A stretch of DNA of 64,000 nucleotides from the NCBI GenBank assembly GCA_030265395.1, contig JARFYF010000017.1, forward strand, positions 30,599,684 to 30,663,683, in the 5' to 3' direction. The notes under the pieces are model-generated. The model saw only the letters and a list, made by a program, of their open reading frames with translations. It made no database searches and was not told where the DNA came from. Each line of letters begins with the position of its first letter. Position 1 is the stretch's first letter. The DNA is from Rhina ancylostomus. Its lineage: Eukaryota. Positions 61,801 through 64,000 of this stretch are shown piece by piece. The position numbers were made by a program, and so were the translations under genes.

Positions 61801-64000
61801 CATTACAATCTACAATTAGAAAAATATACAATGACATTCTTCCAACTTCACAATATTCTTTGTACAAATTATATTCTGATACTGTTATTCTTCAGAAATA
61901 TTTCAGGAGCTCTTCAAGCTATTTAATTGATCTGCTGATTATATCACTATCTGTACTTTTATTAAATTGTGCCATTCTCACTGCATAAAATTAAGCTCAC
62001 AAAATGGCATTTGAAGCCAAAGAAAAACTAAAAGGATGTCAACAGCATTGTGCTTTAATTCTAAACACAATCTTATATAACCAGGTGAAAGGATTAAATG
62101 TGACAAACATGTTAGTGTGCATTAATTAATATCCAAAAATGCTAAATATAAAATGTACACAATATTGTACATACCATTATTTTCATGCTTTGTGTAAAGA
62201 GAACCGCAAATAACATGAACAGATACTTAATTTTCAGCCCAAACTCCAACATGTGCAGTATGACAGCAAAGCAAAATACCACTATCTCAGTCAGTTCTGT
62301 TTAGATAAACATTTGTCGCACAACTGACTGAATGCAATCATGACCATAATGTTTGAAGTCAGAATTAATCTTCATGTATGTAAATCATAATTACAACACA
62401 AAAATTTTCAAGGTTAATTATGTGACAAAAATGATACAGTATTGTAAGCTTCAACGCACAGTAAATGAACTAAGCGTTAGTATGAAGTGTTTTCTCTGAT
62501 GCATGAGCTAACAGATGTTTTAAGGCTGTGAATTGATTGAGGCATGCTGTCAGTCCAGTGCTAATGACAACTAGAAACATCACACCTTGACAGCCACTGT
62601 CACAGCTCAAACTAGTGTTACAGAAAAGGTGTTGTGTCAATGTTCTTGTACACATATAAATACAATATATTACACTGTAAATTAAACAAGTGTAATCACA
62701 GCCAGATAGAAGAATGCTGTCAAAACCTTCAAACCTCTTATCACCATTTATAAAGAAAAATCTTGAAACTGAGATCACAACTTAACACAAAAGGTACCAA
62801 GAAAATTATAAACTGTTATAATACTGTAACATTGACAAAAATAACAAAAATACAAAAAATGCAAGCAGTTCCTGTGCTAGCCATCAAATACGATTACAAG
62901 GCTGAAACTGATTTTATCAGCTGAATCAGAAGATACTTGTTATATATTTATATAATAAACAGATGTCATCAAGAAATGAAAAATATTAAAAAGTAAATGT
63001 CATTATTTGTAGTTACCTTATCAACACTGGACAAATTAGGTACAGAACAAGTTAACAAGATGTTATCAATGACAAAATAATGCTCCTTTCGAGACTAATT
63101 GTGGAGAAAAATGCTTCATGTCTGATCTTATATCAGTGCTCAGTGCACTCTTAGCCCAAATGACAGTGAAAGTGCTTTGACGGACTTTATCAGCCAGAGC
63201 ATTCCTCTTGATTGATATCCAGTTAAGCTTTTGCAAAACACAAAAGTAAGGACAACAATGAAACAGGTTCAGAGTAAAAAAAACTTTGCTGTCAAGTTTC
63301 AAGCATGAACAATGGTGATTTGAGTGAGATGTTAGCAGCCACCTGTTGTCTAAGGAATTTGTAAAGAATTCAATCCCTAATGGGAAATGAGGAAATTAGT
63401 AGAGAATACTGGAAGAAAAATGCATAGAACAAAGTGCACTCCTGACATGTGAATACCAAATTTAATCTTTTGCAGCATTTCTGCAAGATAACTGTCCAAG
63501 TCTGTTATAGAAATATACAATCCCTTTCAGGACTTGATTAGATATTGGTTAATTTCACAAAAGTTTATTACACTCTCATTATCGGCAGGCAACAAGCAGA
63601 AGCATTTTATTTTAAACCACCAGCACTGTGAAGAAGCAGATGAGTTTGGGGCTCTCACAGCTTTACAAAACAATAGCAATGCAAAAGCAATATTTTAGAA
63701 AGATTAATATTTTGCAAATAAGGAAATAAACACTGGAGAAAGATTATTCTTCAACAAGTGAGGCAGGTTTGCTCATATTTACCAACTGCTTACAGTTTTA
63801 AATCTGAATTACTTCCTCTTCTATTAATTCAACTTTGAAGGAAATAGTCTCACAATGGTACATTTGGAACTTCATTAATACAATAAAAAAATCTGCATCT
63901 CTTACTGACCACTACTTTTGACTTCAGAATATTCATGATTTTTTATCATCAGAACCTATAATAATACACAATTTTAATTAAACTTGTTTGCTCATTTTCT

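Noticed and set aside
1-64000. Prokaryotic systems (CRISPR arrays, operons, defence islands)
   Set aside because: No regularly spaced repeats or gene-dense ORFs; the window is vertebrate repeat-rich non-coding DNA.

Overview
AT-rich, CpG-depleted vertebrate non-coding DNA with no protein-coding gene I can support. The repeat set points to a cartilaginous fish (shark or ray; inference): many CR1/HER1-like LINE 3' fragments, an HE1-like V-SINE, Deu-domain SINEs, old L2, Penelope-like elements (PLEs), RTE and Rex1 scraps, a solo LTR and a Tigger-like MITE. The ORF-track entries I could interpret are decayed retroelement fragments; the rest look like chance ORFs. Most notable: (1) PLE terminal repeats with recognisable but mutated minimal hammerhead-ribozyme cores, plus fold-back mini-elements made from those termini; (2) an isolated 68-nt, 28-bp-stem hairpin at 18841-18908; (3) a 134-bp inverted duplication flanking a gap; (4) a CpG-enriched block at 44.1-45.1 kb with minus-strand splice donors; (5) long repeat-poor tracts that may hold conserved non-coding elements. 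Repeat names come from recalled motifs, not database searches, and most boundaries are approximate (tens of bp).
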